NCBI GenBank assembly: GCA_000437855.1
Contig: FR902170.1
Span: forward strand, 28,692-92,691
Reading direction: 5' to 3'
DNA: 64,000 nucleotides
Source of the DNA: Clostridium sp. CAG:567
GTDB taxonomy: Bacteria; Bacillota; Clostridia; TANB77; CAG-508
The position numbers and the translations under genes are program-made. The notes under the pieces were generated by a model that did no database searches, had not been told where the DNA came from, and saw only the letters and a program-made list of their open reading frames with translations. Shown piece after piece: positions 9,256 through 18,826 of the stretch. How positions within the stretch are numbered: position 1 is the first letter of the stretch; the number at the start of each line of letters is the position of its first letter.

Positions 9256-9696
9256 ATGAAAAAAATAGACTATACTTTTGTATGTATTGGAACTAATAGA
9301 ATAATATCAGATTCATTTGGCCCTAGAGTAGGTAAAAAACTTAAGCAGGTCTTTTATAAAAATGAGAATATAAACGTTTATGGAACAATGGAAAATCCGA
9401 TTCATCTAAAAAATGTTGAATATTTTCTAAAAAAAATGGAAAATAAAAATCAAATAATTTTAATAGATTCTGCCATTGGAAGAAAGGAAGATATAGGAAA
9501 TACTTATGTAAATAGAGGTGGTATGGAAATAGGTAAAGCATTTAATCATAGTATATATATTCCTGCAAATATAAATATAAAAACTGTAATTGGTGCAAAA
9601 GAATATATGCCAAATTATAGTATATACCAAATAGAACAAATAGCAAATAAAGTTGCTTATAAAATTGTTCAGATTGTCTTTGAATTATCTGTATAA
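9256..9696 (+). CDS. yyaC: Putative spore protease YyaC (DUF1256)
   Basis: The N-terminal F(V)CIGT.R...DS.GP.VG motif is characteristic of YyaC. 146 aa. Confidence 0.7.
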   Translation: MKKIDYTFVCIGTNRIISDSFGPRVGKKLKQVFYKNENINVYGTMENPIHLKNVEYFLKKMENKNQIILIDSAIGRKEDIGNTYVNRGGMEIGKAFNHSIYIPANINIKTVIGAKEYMPNYSIYQIEQIANKVAYKIVQIVFELSV

Positions 9697-9752
9697 AAAA
9701 AACTAAAATGGAAAAAATTGAAATATAAACACATAAGAAAGGATAGGATAAA

Positions 9753-10106
9753 ATGAATACAGGTGATTTGAAAAATATTGTGGTAATAAAAGATTTGCCG
9801 TCTAATTTAATAGAAGAAGCAATAGTGGTTTTAAAGGAAAACCAAAAAATACCTAAATTAGAACCTGCATCAAAAGATAAAAAAGAAAACAGCTCGGAAA
9901 CACCAAAAATAAAAAACTCGAAAGATTATATAATTAAAGAAGCTCAAATGCTAATAGCAGATTATATTTCAAAAATTGAAAATAAAAATAAAAAAGAAAA
10001 TCAATCAATACAAAAATTAAATAAAAAATGTAAAAAGCTAAAATCTATAAATCAAGCATTAGTGGTTAGTCTGGCAATTAGCATACTGATAAATTTTATA
10101 TTTTAA
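9753..10106 (+). CDS. Hypothetical K/N-rich protein with C-terminal membrane anchor
   Basis: 117 aa ORF with RBS AAGGATAGGA. C-terminal hydrophobic ALVVSLAISILINFIF. No family recognised. Confidence 0.4.
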   Translation: MNTGDLKNIVVIKDLPSNLIEEAIVVLKENQKIPKLEPASKDKKENSSETPKIKNSKDYIIKEAQMLIADYISKIENKNKKENQSIQKLNKKCKKLKSINQALVVSLAISILINFIF

Positions 10107-10171
10107 GAATAAAACATTTCTTCCTCACATATAAATGAAACATAAAACTACAAAGGAAGAGGTGTATTTTT

Positions 10172-11125
10172 TTGGAAAGAATATTATCACAAGAAGAAAG
10201 AATAAGAAGAGCAGAGGAAATATACTACCGTAGAAAATTAAATAATGGTGATATTAGAATGCCTAGTTCTCAGGTTAGAGATAAAACTGAAAAAAGGCAA
10301 TTTTCTTTATATAGAAAGATGGCAATACAAATATTAATATGTATTTTAATTTACTTAATTTTTTCATTAATTAAAGAAGCAAATTATTTATTTTCTGAAA
10401 ATATTATAAATAAAACAAAAGAATTTTTAAATACAGACATTAATTTCACGATAATTTCTTCAAATATAAATGAGTTTTGGAAAAATAATAAAGATAAATT
10501 TAAAATTTTTACGAACAATGAAGAAACCAATTTAGAAAATACTAACAATGAACAAAACAATGATGATAATGAACAGAACAAGAAAGAAGACGAAAAAAAT
10601 AATAAAGAAAATAATAATCAAAATGAACAAGAGAATAATACAACCACAGGAATAGGTGGGGCAAGCTCTAATGAAAATACTCAAGTTGATGAAAAAACTA
10701 AAAAAAGTCAAATGGAACTCGATGCAGAATACATAAAAAAGAATTTTAAAATGCAATTACCAGTAAAAGCAAAAGTTACTTCAAGCTATGGAAAAAGAGA
10801 AGAGGATAAAATTGTTTCTGCAGATCATTATGGTATAGATTTGGGAGTGGTTATAGGAACTACTGTTGTTGCGGCGATGGAAGGTAAAGTTACATTAGTA
10901 TCAAATGAAGGAGAATATGGAACTCATGTAAAAATTGTAAATAAGGATATAACAACTATTTATGCACATTGCAGTAAAATTTTAGTGAAAAAAGGTGCAA
11001 AAATTAAAAAAGGACAAAAAATAGCTTTATCAGGAAATACTGGAAAAACTACAGGTCCACATTTGCACTTTGAAATAAGAAGAAGCACAAGGACAGTTGA
11101 TCCAGCTCTAGTGCTAAATTTTTAA
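10172..11125 (+). CDS. M23 (LytM-type) metallopeptidase, SpoIVFA-position partner of the M50 protease
   Basis: C-terminal HYGIDLG...GTHVKI...YAHCS...G.KI.KGQKIALSGNTGKTTGPHLHFEIR, with intact HxxxD and HxH. N-terminal TM and a low-complexity N/E/K linker. TTG start with RBS AAGGAAGAGGTG. Confidence 0.8.
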   Translation: MERILSQEERIRRAEEIYYRRKLNNGDIRMPSSQVRDKTEKRQFSLYRKMAIQILICILIYLIFSLIKEANYLFSENIINKTKEFLNTDINFTIISSNINEFWKNNKDKFKIFTNNEETNLENTNNEQNNDDNEQNKKEDEKNNKENNNQNEQENNTTTGIGGASSNENTQVDEKTKKSQMELDAEYIKKNFKMQLPVKAKVTSSYGKREEDKIVSADHYGIDLGVVIGTTVVAAMEGKVTLVSNEGEYGTHVKIVNKDITTIYAHCSKILVKKGAKIKKGQKIALSGNTGKTTGPHLHFEIRRSTRTVDPALVLNF

Positions 11126-11171
11126 AGTAATCTGTGTTTTATTTTACTAAAAGTTATAAAAGGAGTGAAGA

Positions 11172-11834
11172 ATGAGCGTAAAAATTGACCTAAAAATCTT
11201 TTTATTTGCAATTATATTTTATTTTACTAAACAAATTAAAATATATGCTTTATTGATGATATTAGCATTAGTACATGAATTAGGACACTTAGTGTGTGGA
11301 ATATGTTTGGGACTCAAATTAAAAAGTATAAAAATAACGCCAGTAGGATTTCAAATATTATTTAAAAATAATATACAGGATTATAATATTAAAATACAAA
11401 AAGGTAATGAAATTTGTATAAAAAAAATAGCAATTGCGTTTGCAGGGCCACTGGTTAATATATTTATTGCAATAATTGCTTTTTTTATGCCTGAAAACAT
11501 TGTGGCACAAAAAGAAACAATAATATATGCAAATTTGATGTTGGCAATATTTAATTTATTACCAATATATCCACTAGATGGTGGAAGAATAGTAAAAGAA
11601 ATAATAATGATAAAAGATGGAACAAAATTAGCTTATGAAAAAATAAATAATATATCTAAAGTAACAGTTATAATAATTACAATAATTACGTCTATAATAA
11701 TTTTAAAAATACATAATATAGCAATTTTAATAATATTAACATATTTATGGTATTTAAACATAAAAAATGAAAAGGAATATAAGGTAAAATGTAGAATAAT
11801 AAGTGCAGTAAAAGGAGGTTATGTTGACATATAG
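11172..11834 (+). CDS. M50 site-2 protease, SpoIVFB-like (no CBS domain)
   Basis: HELGH in TM helix 2 and NLLPIYPLDGGRI (NxxPxxxLDG) motifs. Polytopic membrane protein directly after the M23 gene, as in spoIVFA-spoIVFB. Confidence 0.7.
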   Translation: MSVKIDLKIFLFAIIFYFTKQIKIYALLMILALVHELGHLVCGICLGLKLKSIKITPVGFQILFKNNIQDYNIKIQKGNEICIKKIAIAFAGPLVNIFIAIIAFFMPENIVAQKETIIYANLMLAIFNLLPIYPLDGGRIVKEIIMIKDGTKLAYEKINNISKVTVIIITIITSIIILKIHNIAILIILTYLWYLNIKNEKEYKVKCRIISAVKGGYVDI

Positions 11835-11947
11835 ACAATTAATTATGAAATGTTAAAAATAATTGACAAAGTTCCACTTAAAATTGCTAGACTTTTTTGT
11901 GAAAATATAGTAACATAAAATCATAAAAAATAATTGGAGGATTAAAC

Positions 11948-12526
11948 ATGAAATTTGAAGAAAAATTAATTAAATTAAGAAAAGAAAAATTATTATCACA
12001 AGAAGAACTTGGAGAAAAGTTAGATGTTACAAGACAGACAATATCTAAGTGGGAACTTGGACAATCAAAACCAGATATGGAAAAACTTAAAGAGATTAGT
12101 ACTTTGTTTAATATAAGTATAGAAGAGTTGACAAATGATGAAATTGATATTAGTAAGAAAAATAAAGGTAATGGAAATAACAAAAATACAATTATTATAG
12201 TAATTGCAGTTATAGCTGTATTGGCAATATTAGTAATAGGAGTAAAAGTTATAGTATCAAATATAGTACTTAAAGAATATAACGATATAAAAGATCGTAC
12301 AATGCAAACACAAAAAGATATCATTGATTTATTTAATAATATAAAAGAAAACGTAATGGAACAACAAAATAATATTAATGAAGAAAAAAATGAGATAAAT
12401 AATTCTATAGAAAAACAAGAAGATGTTAAAAATAAAATAATAGAACAACAAGATAAAATGTTAGAAGAGTTTAATAAACTTGAAGAAAAAAATATATTAA
12501 GAAACGGAGCAAATATATGGAATTAA
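11948..12526 (+). CDS. XRE-family HTH protein with transmembrane segment and coiled-coil tail
   Basis: LRKEKLLSQEELGEKLDVTRQTISKWELGQSKPDMEKL is a classic HTH_3 motif, followed by the TM segment IIIVIAVIAVLAILVIGV. Confidence 0.8.
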   Translation: MKFEEKLIKLRKEKLLSQEELGEKLDVTRQTISKWELGQSKPDMEKLKEISTLFNISIEELTNDEIDISKKNKGNGNNKNTIIIVIAVIAVLAILVIGVKVIVSNIVLKEYNDIKDRTMQTQKDIIDLFNNIKENVMEQQNNINEEKNEINNSIEKQEDVKNKIIEQQDKMLEEFNKLEEKNILRNGANIWN

Positions 12527-13062
12527 TAATTATTTTTTCAATGATATTTTTATTTCTTATAATTGCAATTTTAAAAATGTATAATAAACTTATAAAACTA
12601 AGAAATAAAGTGAATCAATCTGAATCTGGAATAGATGTATATTTAAATCAAAGGTTTGATTTAATACCGAATTTAGTTGAATGTGTAAAATCATATACAA
12701 AGTACGAATCAGAAACTTTAAATAAAATTACAGAACTTAGAAGTGTATATAATCAAAACAAAGGACTAGACATAGAAAAAGCAACAGAACTTAATAATAT
12801 TATTAATAAAATTTTAGTAGTAGCAGAAAATTACCCTGAGCTTAAAGCGAGTGAGCAATATTTGAATTTACAAAAAAACTTGAGCAAGGTAGAGAGCCAA
12901 CTTCAAGCAGCAAGAAGAATTTACAATAATGATGTAACAAATTACAATACAAAAATAGAATCCATTCCAAATAATATAATTGCGGCAGTATTTGGATTTA
13001 AAAAAGCAGAACTATTTCAAATTGAAGAATACAAAAAAGAAAATATTAATATAAAATTATAA
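12517..13062 (+). CDS. lemA: LemA family protein
   Basis: N-terminal TM, then YNKLIKLRNKV..S.SGIDVYLNQRFDLIPNLVE..K.Y..E...L..ITELR and ...L..ARR.YN..V..YN, typical of LemA. Confidence 0.85.
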   Translation: MELIIIFSMIFLFLIIAILKMYNKLIKLRNKVNQSESGIDVYLNQRFDLIPNLVECVKSYTKYESETLNKITELRSVYNQNKGLDIEKATELNNIINKILVVAENYPELKASEQYLNLQKNLSKVESQLQAARRIYNNDVTNYNTKIESIPNNIIAAVFGFKKAELFQIEEYKKENINIKL

Positions 13063-13071
13063 GGTAGAAAT

Positions 13072-14019
13072 ATGAAAAAAGAATTTATAGAGTTATATAA
13101 TGAACTAACTAATAAAAAAGATAATGAATTATTGAAAATATGGGAAGATTCAAAAAAAGAAAAAATAAAAAGAAAAATAGTTATATTAGTAGTTCTTATT
13201 ATAGTTGATATATTAGTTGCATTGAGATTTAGTGAGGCAATTCGAAGTGTCAGAGATGTTTTTATAGTAATAGCAACAATACTTTTTTACGACTTAATTA
13301 TAGGAGTGATTGTAAATGCACTTATACAGAGCAAAACAAGAAAATATAATTCAGTATATAAGACAAAAGTAGTCGAAAAGATAATAAAAAACTTTTTTGA
13401 TGAGGTTGATTATATTCCAGAAAAGCCTCTACCTAGCAAAATATATGACGAAGGAAAATATGACGAAAACTATAATAGATATTATTCAGATGATTATGTG
13501 GATGCTAAATTAGACAATAAATATGATTTGAAAATGGCAGAGGTAAAAACAGTTTATGAAACTACGTATACAGATAGCGATGGACACACACATACAGATA
13601 GAGTGACAAGATTTCATGGCTTATTTATTAAAATTAAAATTGACAAGTCAATAAAAAATAATTTAACAATAAAACAAAATGGAACAATTCGAAAAAAAGA
13701 AAGATTAGAAATGGATTCATCAGAATTTGAAAAATATTTTGATGTAAGCTCAAATAATGATATAATTGGAATGCAAATTCTAACACATGATGTTATGGAA
13801 CTTTTATTAGAATATAGAAAGTACCTAAAATGTCCTTTTGATATTTGCATTTATGAAGACATAGTTTATATAAGAATACATTGCGGAACTATGTTTGAAG
13901 CTACAATTAGTTCAAAAGTGCTTATAGATAGAGAAAAGACTGAAGAATATTATAATATGTTAGAATTTATATATAAATTATCAAAAGAAGTAATAAAAAT
14001 GAGTGATGGTGATTACTAA
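13072..14019 (+). CDS. DUF3137-like membrane protein (usual LemA neighbour)
   Basis: Two TM helices followed by a roughly 220 aa domain (FHGLF..I....). Gene order LemA then DUF3137 is common. Confidence 0.5.
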   Translation: MKKEFIELYNELTNKKDNELLKIWEDSKKEKIKRKIVILVVLIIVDILVALRFSEAIRSVRDVFIVIATILFYDLIIGVIVNALIQSKTRKYNSVYKTKVVEKIIKNFFDEVDYIPEKPLPSKIYDEGKYDENYNRYYSDDYVDAKLDNKYDLKMAEVKTVYETTYTDSDGHTHTDRVTRFHGLFIKIKIDKSIKNNLTIKQNGTIRKKERLEMDSSEFEKYFDVSSNNDIIGMQILTHDVMELLLEYRKYLKCPFDICIYEDIVYIRIHCGTMFEATISSKVLIDREKTEEYYNMLEFIYKLSKEVIKMSDGDY

Positions 14020-14042
14020 AGTAAACTTTTTTTATGAAACAC

Positions 14043-14071
14043 TTGAAATTAAAGGAAAAAAATAGTATAAT
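14043..14071 (+). promoter_or_regulatory. Sigma-A promoter of rpsF-ssb-rpsR
   Basis: TTGAAA (14043-14048), 17 nt spacer, TATAAT (14066-14071). The leader contains the palindrome TTGCAATTAATTGCAG. Confidence 0.55.
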
Positions 14072-14144
14072 AGTAACGTTAAAAAGGAAAATATTCCTTA
14101 CTTGCAATTAATTGCAGGTTGTAATCCATGAGGAGGTGAATATA

Positions 14145-14426
14145 ATGAACAAATACGAAAGTGTTGTCATTATTGATCCAGCTGTAGAAGAAGATAAAGT
14201 AAAAGAATTATCTCAAAAATTTACAGATATAATCAATAATGATGGTAAAGTTGAAAAAGTTGAAGACCTTGGTAAGAAAAAATTAGCCTATGAAGTAAAG
14301 AAAAATAAAGAAGGTTACTATGTTGTTATCAACTTTGAAGCTAATCCAAACTTAATTTCTGAACTAGAAAGAAATTACAGAATTATGGATGAAGTAATTA
14401 AATTTATTACAATAAAAGCAGAATAA
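14145..14426 (+). CDS. rpsF: 30S ribosomal protein S6
   Basis: MNKYESVVIIDP...LAYEVKK...GYYV. RBS GAGGAGGTG. The 14112 start in the track is upstream of the RBS. Confidence 0.9.
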   Translation: MNKYESVVIIDPAVEEDKVKELSQKFTDIINNDGKVEKVEDLGKKKLAYEVKKNKEGYYVVINFEANPNLISELERNYRIMDEVIKFITIKAE

Positions 14427-14454
14427 TTTATTACAAAAAATGTGAGGTGTAAGA

Positions 14455-14883
14455 ATGAACAAAGTAATTTTAATGGGACGCTTAACAAGAGATCCAGAAG
14501 TAAGATACACACAAACAAACAACACATTAGTAGCTTCTTTTAGTTTAGCTGTAAATCGTAGATTTACTAGACCAGGAGAGGAAAGACAGGCAGATTTCAT
14601 TAATATAGTTGCATGGAGCAAATTAGGTGAATTCTGTAGCAAATATTTTAAAAAAGGTCAACAAGTTGGAATAATAGGAAGAATACAAACAAGAACTTGG
14701 GATGATGAACAAGGTCAAAAACGTTATGTAACAGAAGTTATTGCTGAAGAAGCATATTTTGCAGATAGTAAAAGAGAAGGAGAAGGAGCTGCAAACAGCT
14801 TTGACTCAACTTTTGGAACAATGCCTTCTACAGACTCTAGTTCTGATTTTGAAATTTCTTCAGGAGATGACCTACCATTTTAA
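14455..14883 (+). CDS. ssb: Single-stranded DNA-binding protein
   Basis: MNKVILMGRLTRDPEVRYT...ADFINIVAW..LGEF..KYFKKG and the acidic C-terminal DDLPF tail. Confidence 0.95.
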   Translation: MNKVILMGRLTRDPEVRYTQTNNTLVASFSLAVNRRFTRPGEERQADFINIVAWSKLGEFCSKYFKKGQQVGIIGRIQTRTWDDEQGQKRYVTEVIAEEAYFADSKREGEGAANSFDSTFGTMPSTDSSSDFEISSGDDLPF

Positions 14884-14904
14884 TTAGGATAGGGGGGAAA
14901 GAAA

Positions 14905-15183
14905 ATGGCAGACAAAAAAAATAATAAAAGAAATATGAGAAACAATGATGAAGACTATAATCCTAAATTTAGAAAAGCTAGAAAAAAGGTATGCCCATTA
15001 TGTGCAGATAAAAACTTAAAATTAGATTATAAAAATGCAGATCAATTAAGAAAATTCGTTAATGAAAAAGGAAAAATACTTCCAAGAAGAGCAACTGGAG
15101 CATGTGCAATTCATCAAAGAGATATTACACTAGCCGTTAAAAGAGCTAGACAAATAGCTATATTACCATACACAGCAGAATAG
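14905..15183 (+). CDS. rpsR: 30S ribosomal protein S18
   Basis: C.LC......LDYKN...LRKFV.E.GKILPRR.TG.CA.HQR....AVKRAR..A.LPY. Confidence 0.95.
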   Translation: MADKKNNKRNMRNNDEDYNPKFRKARKKVCPLCADKNLKLDYKNADQLRKFVNEKGKILPRRATGACAIHQRDITLAVKRARQIAILPYTAE

Positions 15184-15186
15184 AAA

Positions 15187-15216
15187 AATACACCTTATTA
15201 AAGGTGTATTTTTTTG
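15187..15216 (+). terminator. Rho-independent terminator after rpsR
   Basis: AATACACCTT / AAGGTGTATT stem with ATTA loop, followed by TTTTT. Confidence 0.8.
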
Positions 15217-15295
15217 CATAATAAAACATTGTTTAGAAAAGTGTCAAATAGGGAATAATTTCAATAAAATAATATAGAAAATATAGGAGAATGTT

Positions 15296-16150
15296 ATGAA
15301 AATTGGAATTGCCTTATCTGGTGGAGGAATACGTGGAATAGCTCATGCAGGAGTATTAAAAGCACTTGAAGAAAATAATATTAAAATAGATGTTATAGGA
15401 GGAACAAGTGCAGGAGGAATGGTTGCAAGCTTATATGCCATGGGAATTGAACCTGAAGAAATACATATATTATTTAAGAAACACGCAAAAGAGATAATAG
15501 GGGTAAACAAAATGCCTTTTCTATCAAAATTATTAAAATATTCGTTCAATAAAAAAATGACACTTACAGGTTTTAATAATGGAGAAGCAATAGAAAAAGT
15601 ATATAATAAAATAGCTGAAGAAAGAAAAATAGAAAAAATCAATCAGATTCAAATGCCGCTGGTAATTACTACAGTAGATATTATGAAGCCAAAGGAATAT
15701 ATATTCACTAATAATATTCCTAGAAATGAAGAAGATAAATCAAAATATATTAAAGATGTTACAGTGGGAAAAGCAGTAAGAGCAAGTAGCAGTTTTCCGG
15801 CAGTATTTATGCCATGTAAAATTGACGAATATGCATTTATGGATGGAGGAGTTTTGGATAATGTACCAGTTGAAGAAGTAAGAAAACAAGGCGTAGACAA
15901 GGTTTTGGCAGTGAAATTCGATGCAGATAAAATTGAGAAAGATAGCAACTTAATGGATATTGCAATGAAAACAATTGATATTATGGGAAATAAAATATCT
16001 GAAGAAAGTTTAAAGAAAAGTGATTATGTATTAAATGTATATACAGATAAAGTTGGATTGTTAGACATAAAAAAATTAGACAAATGTTATGAATATGGAT
16101 ATCAAAGTGTGATGAAAAATATAAATGAAATAAAAAAAGCGCTACAATAA
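15296..16150 (+). CDS. Patatin-like phospholipase
   Basis: GIALSGGGIRGIAHAGVLKAL (oxyanion GGxRG), GTSAGG (GxSxG) and the DGG catalytic Asp motif (FMDGGVLDNVP). Confidence 0.85.
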   Translation: MKIGIALSGGGIRGIAHAGVLKALEENNIKIDVIGGTSAGGMVASLYAMGIEPEEIHILFKKHAKEIIGVNKMPFLSKLLKYSFNKKMTLTGFNNGEAIEKVYNKIAEERKIEKINQIQMPLVITTVDIMKPKEYIFTNNIPRNEEDKSKYIKDVTVGKAVRASSSFPAVFMPCKIDEYAFMDGGVLDNVPVEEVRKQGVDKVLAVKFDADKIEKDSNLMDIAMKTIDIMGNKISEESLKKSDYVLNVYTDKVGLLDIKKLDKCYEYGYQSVMKNINEIKKALQ

Positions 16151-16176
16151 CTGTGAACTTTTGCAATATATATAAT

Positions 16177-16216
16177 AAAAAGTGATGTAATTTAAAAATG
16201 TTACATCACTTTTTTA
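16177..16216. terminator. Bidirectional terminator hairpin
   Basis: AAAAGTGATGTAA / TTACATCACTTTT stem flanked by an A-run and a T-run, between convergent genes. Confidence 0.75.
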
Positions 16217-16219
16217 TAA

Positions 16220-17362
16220 TTATTTATTTTCAACTTTTTCAAGAGTTTCTTTTTTTACAAATAAAGAAAATACAAATATTCCTAATCCGAAAACAACAGT
16301 GAAAATTGAAATATATCCTCCAATATATGGAATTTGTTGTAATAACCATAGCACTGCCACTGAAGCAATAGAAAGTAAAATAAATTTGCCTTTAGTTTTA
16401 TTTTTTAATTTATTTGCAAAGTAGTTTCCAATTGCCATTCCTAAAATTGAAATAGTAATAGAAATAATCAATAGATAAACTATTAATAAAGCTAATCCAA
16501 CATAAGTTAAAAATCCTGTTATAAGTAAGAAAATTGATAAAAATGGAATAATTAATAATGATATAATTCCAATTGTAGCAGTTATGAATGATTTTTTGCT
16601 CATGCTATAAGTAGCTTTTTTAGCAAATCCTGGAGTAATGAATGTAGCTAATGCAATTACAACAACAGCATATAATAATAATGCAATGAAGCTTGTAATG
16701 TATTTTTGAACAAGTTCAGCAGTTGTTGGTTCTTCATGAGTAATTTTTGAGAAATTTATATTACCTACAATAATTCCGTCAGGAATTTCTAATTCTTCTT
16801 GAGCTGAATAATAAAAATCTCTACCAACTAAGTTTTGAGATTTATCTGCAAATGAAAAAGAACCTGCTATATATAAATCTCTTCCAACTTTTCCTTCAAA
16901 AGATGAATTAGATGAGTATAATTTTAAATCTCTTGCAATAAATGCATTTTTTGACAATGTAAATTCTCTAGATAAAACATAAACATCATTAATAGAACCA
17001 TTTATTGTAATTTGTTGAGCAATAGCAAATAGATTGCCAGATATTACTGCACTATCCTCAACAACTAAAGATTCTGCTAATACAAACAAATCACCACTAA
17101 CATGACCAGAAATAGTAACTTTTGTACCAAATAAAAAAGAATTTCCATTTATAGAGCCATTTAATAATAGTGAACTACCTCTTTCATATACATCTCCATT
17201 TGTATCTGAAATAGATATAGGTTGCTCTTCAACTTTTGCTGAAGATGTTGTAGCCAATACATTATTTTCTTGATCTGCAACTGAATCTTGAGCCATACAA
17301 ACAGAAGAAAATACTGTTAGCAAAATAGAAATTAAACATATAATTTTAAATGTTTTTTTCAT
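16220..17362 (-). CDS. Secreted/membrane protein with beta-helical (bactofilin/polymer-forming-like) repeat ectodomain and polytopic C-terminus
   Basis: Signal peptide MKKTFKIICLISILLTVFSSVCMA. Repeats of the type (I/V)SG.V.GDLF..A..(I/V) and G.(I/V).RDL(Y/K). About five C-terminal TM helices. Confidence 0.45.
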   Translation of the reverse strand: MKKTFKIICLISILLTVFSSVCMAQDSVADQENNVLATTSSAKVEEQPISISDTNGDVYERGSSLLLNGSINGNSFLFGTKVTISGHVSGDLFVLAESLVVEDSAVISGNLFAIAQQITINGSINDVYVLSREFTLSKNAFIARDLKLYSSNSSFEGKVGRDLYIAGSFSFADKSQNLVGRDFYYSAQEELEIPDGIIVGNINFSKITHEEPTTAELVQKYITSFIALLLYAVVVIALATFITPGFAKKATYSMSKKSFITATIGIISLLIIPFLSIFLLITGFLTYVGLALLIVYLLIISITISILGMAIGNYFANKLKNKTKGKFILLSIASVAVLWLLQQIPYIGGYISIFTVVFGLGIFVFSLFVKKETLEKVENK

Positions 17363-17419
17363 AAAAAACCTCCTTAATAATTGTAAGATTAATATATAAC
17401 ATTTATACTATAAAGTCAA

Positions 17420-18046
17420 TTATTTAAATGACTTACATAAATTATTAATACAACAATTTTCACAATTAGGATTTTGAGCTTTACAAACATGTCTGCCATG
17501 TAAAACCAAAATATGATTTGCATCAACATAATATTCTTTTGGAAATATTTTTAATAAATCCTTTTCGATTTTTTCTGGTTCTTTTTCGCTTGAAAATCCA
17601 ATACGATTAGAAAGTCTTTTAACATGAGTATCAACTGCAATTCCTTGAGGATTGTTAAAAGCTTCAAGCATTATTACATTAGCACTTTTTCGACCTATAC
17701 CAGGAATAGACATTAGTTCTTCCATTGTACATGGAACATTACCATTGAAATCGTTTATAATTTTTTGAGAAGCAAGTTTTAAATTCTTGGCTTTATTTCT
17801 ATAAAAGCCACATGAATGAATCATTTTTTCAATATTTTCTATTGGTAAATTTGCAAAATCCTCTGGGGTGTTGTATGTTGGAAAAATTTCTGCAGTTACT
17901 TTATTAACTCTTTCGTCAGTGCATTGAGCTGAAAGTGCAACTGCAACAAGAATCTCAAAAGGTGAGTTAAAGTTCAAACTACATTTAGCATTAGGATATT
18001 CCTTCTTTAATAATTCAAAAATTTTTATAACTATATCTTTTTTCAT
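17420..18046 (-). CDS. nth: Endonuclease III
   Basis: HhH-GPD (LMSIPGIGRKSANVI), catalytic region VDTHV.R and C-terminal C.....C..C.....C FeS cluster loop. Confidence 0.9.
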   Translation of the reverse strand: MKKDIVIKIFELLKKEYPNAKCSLNFNSPFEILVAVALSAQCTDERVNKVTAEIFPTYNTPEDFANLPIENIEKMIHSCGFYRNKAKNLKLASQKIINDFNGNVPCTMEELMSIPGIGRKSANVIMLEAFNNPQGIAVDTHVKRLSNRIGFSSEKEPEKIEKDLLKIFPKEYYVDANHILVLHGRHVCKAQNPNCENCCINNLCKSFK

Positions 18047-18186
18047 AAACTAAAATCCTTTACTTATATATATACATATTAAAACATAAAAACAAAAAAA
18101 TTACAAATATAACTAAGAACATAAAATGGTAACAAAATTAAATAAATAATAATATAATATACAAAAGAGAAGAGGAGGTAATAACG

Positions 18187-18336
18187 ATGTTTTGCGCATT
18201 GAAAAAAACAATTGGTGTATGTCTTATAGGCTTAGGAATAGGAATATTACTTGTTTTATTACTTCCAATATCAGGTTGGCTATTTACAATAGGTCTATTA
18301 ATTGTAATCGTTGGTCTAATGTGGTTATCATGTTAA
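18187..18336 (+). CDS. Unlisted 49-aa two-TM small membrane protein
   Basis: ATG 18187 preceded by AGAGGAGGT with about 8 nt spacing. MFCALKKTIGVCLIGLGIGILLVLLLPISGWLFTIGLLIVIVGLMWLSC*. Below the ORF-track length cut-off. Confidence 0.5.
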   Translation: MFCALKKTIGVCLIGLGIGILLVLLLPISGWLFTIGLLIVIVGLMWLSC

Positions 18337-18355
18337 GAAGGAGAGTGGATAGTAA

Positions 18356-18433
18356 ATGACGATTGTTGTGAAAAAAGTTCCAAAATGTTTAAGAGGTATT
18401 GTTAAATTACTATTTGGAATAAAAGAAAAATGA
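18356..18433 (+). CDS. spoVM: Stage V sporulation protein M (25 aa amphipathic helix peptide)
   Basis: MTIVVKKVPKCLRGIVKLLFGIKEK* versus B. subtilis SpoVM MKFYTIKLPKFLGGIVRAMLGSFRKD (from memory). RBS GAAGGAGAG. It lies next to rpmB, as in B. subtilis. Confidence 0.7.
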   Translation: MTIVVKKVPKCLRGIVKLLFGIKEK

Positions 18434-18440
18434 CACACAA

Positions 18441-18476
18441 AAAAGAGGCTATTGTTTACATAGCCTTATTTTTTAT
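18441..18476. terminator. Bidirectional terminator between spoVM and rpmB
   Basis: AGGCTAT (18446-18452) / ATAGCCT (18460-18466), A-run before and T-run after. Confidence 0.7.
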
Positions 18477-18495
18477 GTATATTACAACTCACAAA

Positions 18496-18693
18496 CTAAG
18501 CTCTAGCAACTTTCCCAGAACGTAAGCATTTTGCACAAGCGTGTATTGTTTGAGTTTCACCATTAACAACAGCTTTAACTGTTCTTAAGTTTGGTTTAAA
18601 AGCTCTAGTTGTTCTTCTACTAATGTGAGAACGAGCAATACTAAGTTTGTTTCCATGAGCTAATGATTTTCCACAAATATCACATTTTGCCAT
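18496..18693 (-). CDS. rpmB: 50S ribosomal protein L28
   Basis: MAKCDICGK....GN..S.ARSH...RT.R.FKPNL. Confidence 0.95.
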   Translation of the reverse strand: MAKCDICGKSLAHGNKLSIARSHISRRTTRAFKPNLRTVKAVVNGETQTIHACAKCLRSGKVARA

Positions 18694-18826
18694 TGAACTG
18701 CACCTCCTATGTGAAATCTAAAATTGACTAAGTATAAGTTTAACACATATTGCAATAAAATACAAGTGTTTTGTGAAAATTCATAACAAAAGTTACCAGA
18801 AGAAGCTATTATTACTAGTAATTTTA

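Noticed and set aside
10500-10700. N/E/K-rich low-complexity linker in the M23 peptidase, and antisense ORFs 10384-10581 and 10532-10756
   Set aside because: This is compositional low complexity in a linker between the membrane anchor and the catalytic domain. The antisense ORFs are artefacts of it.
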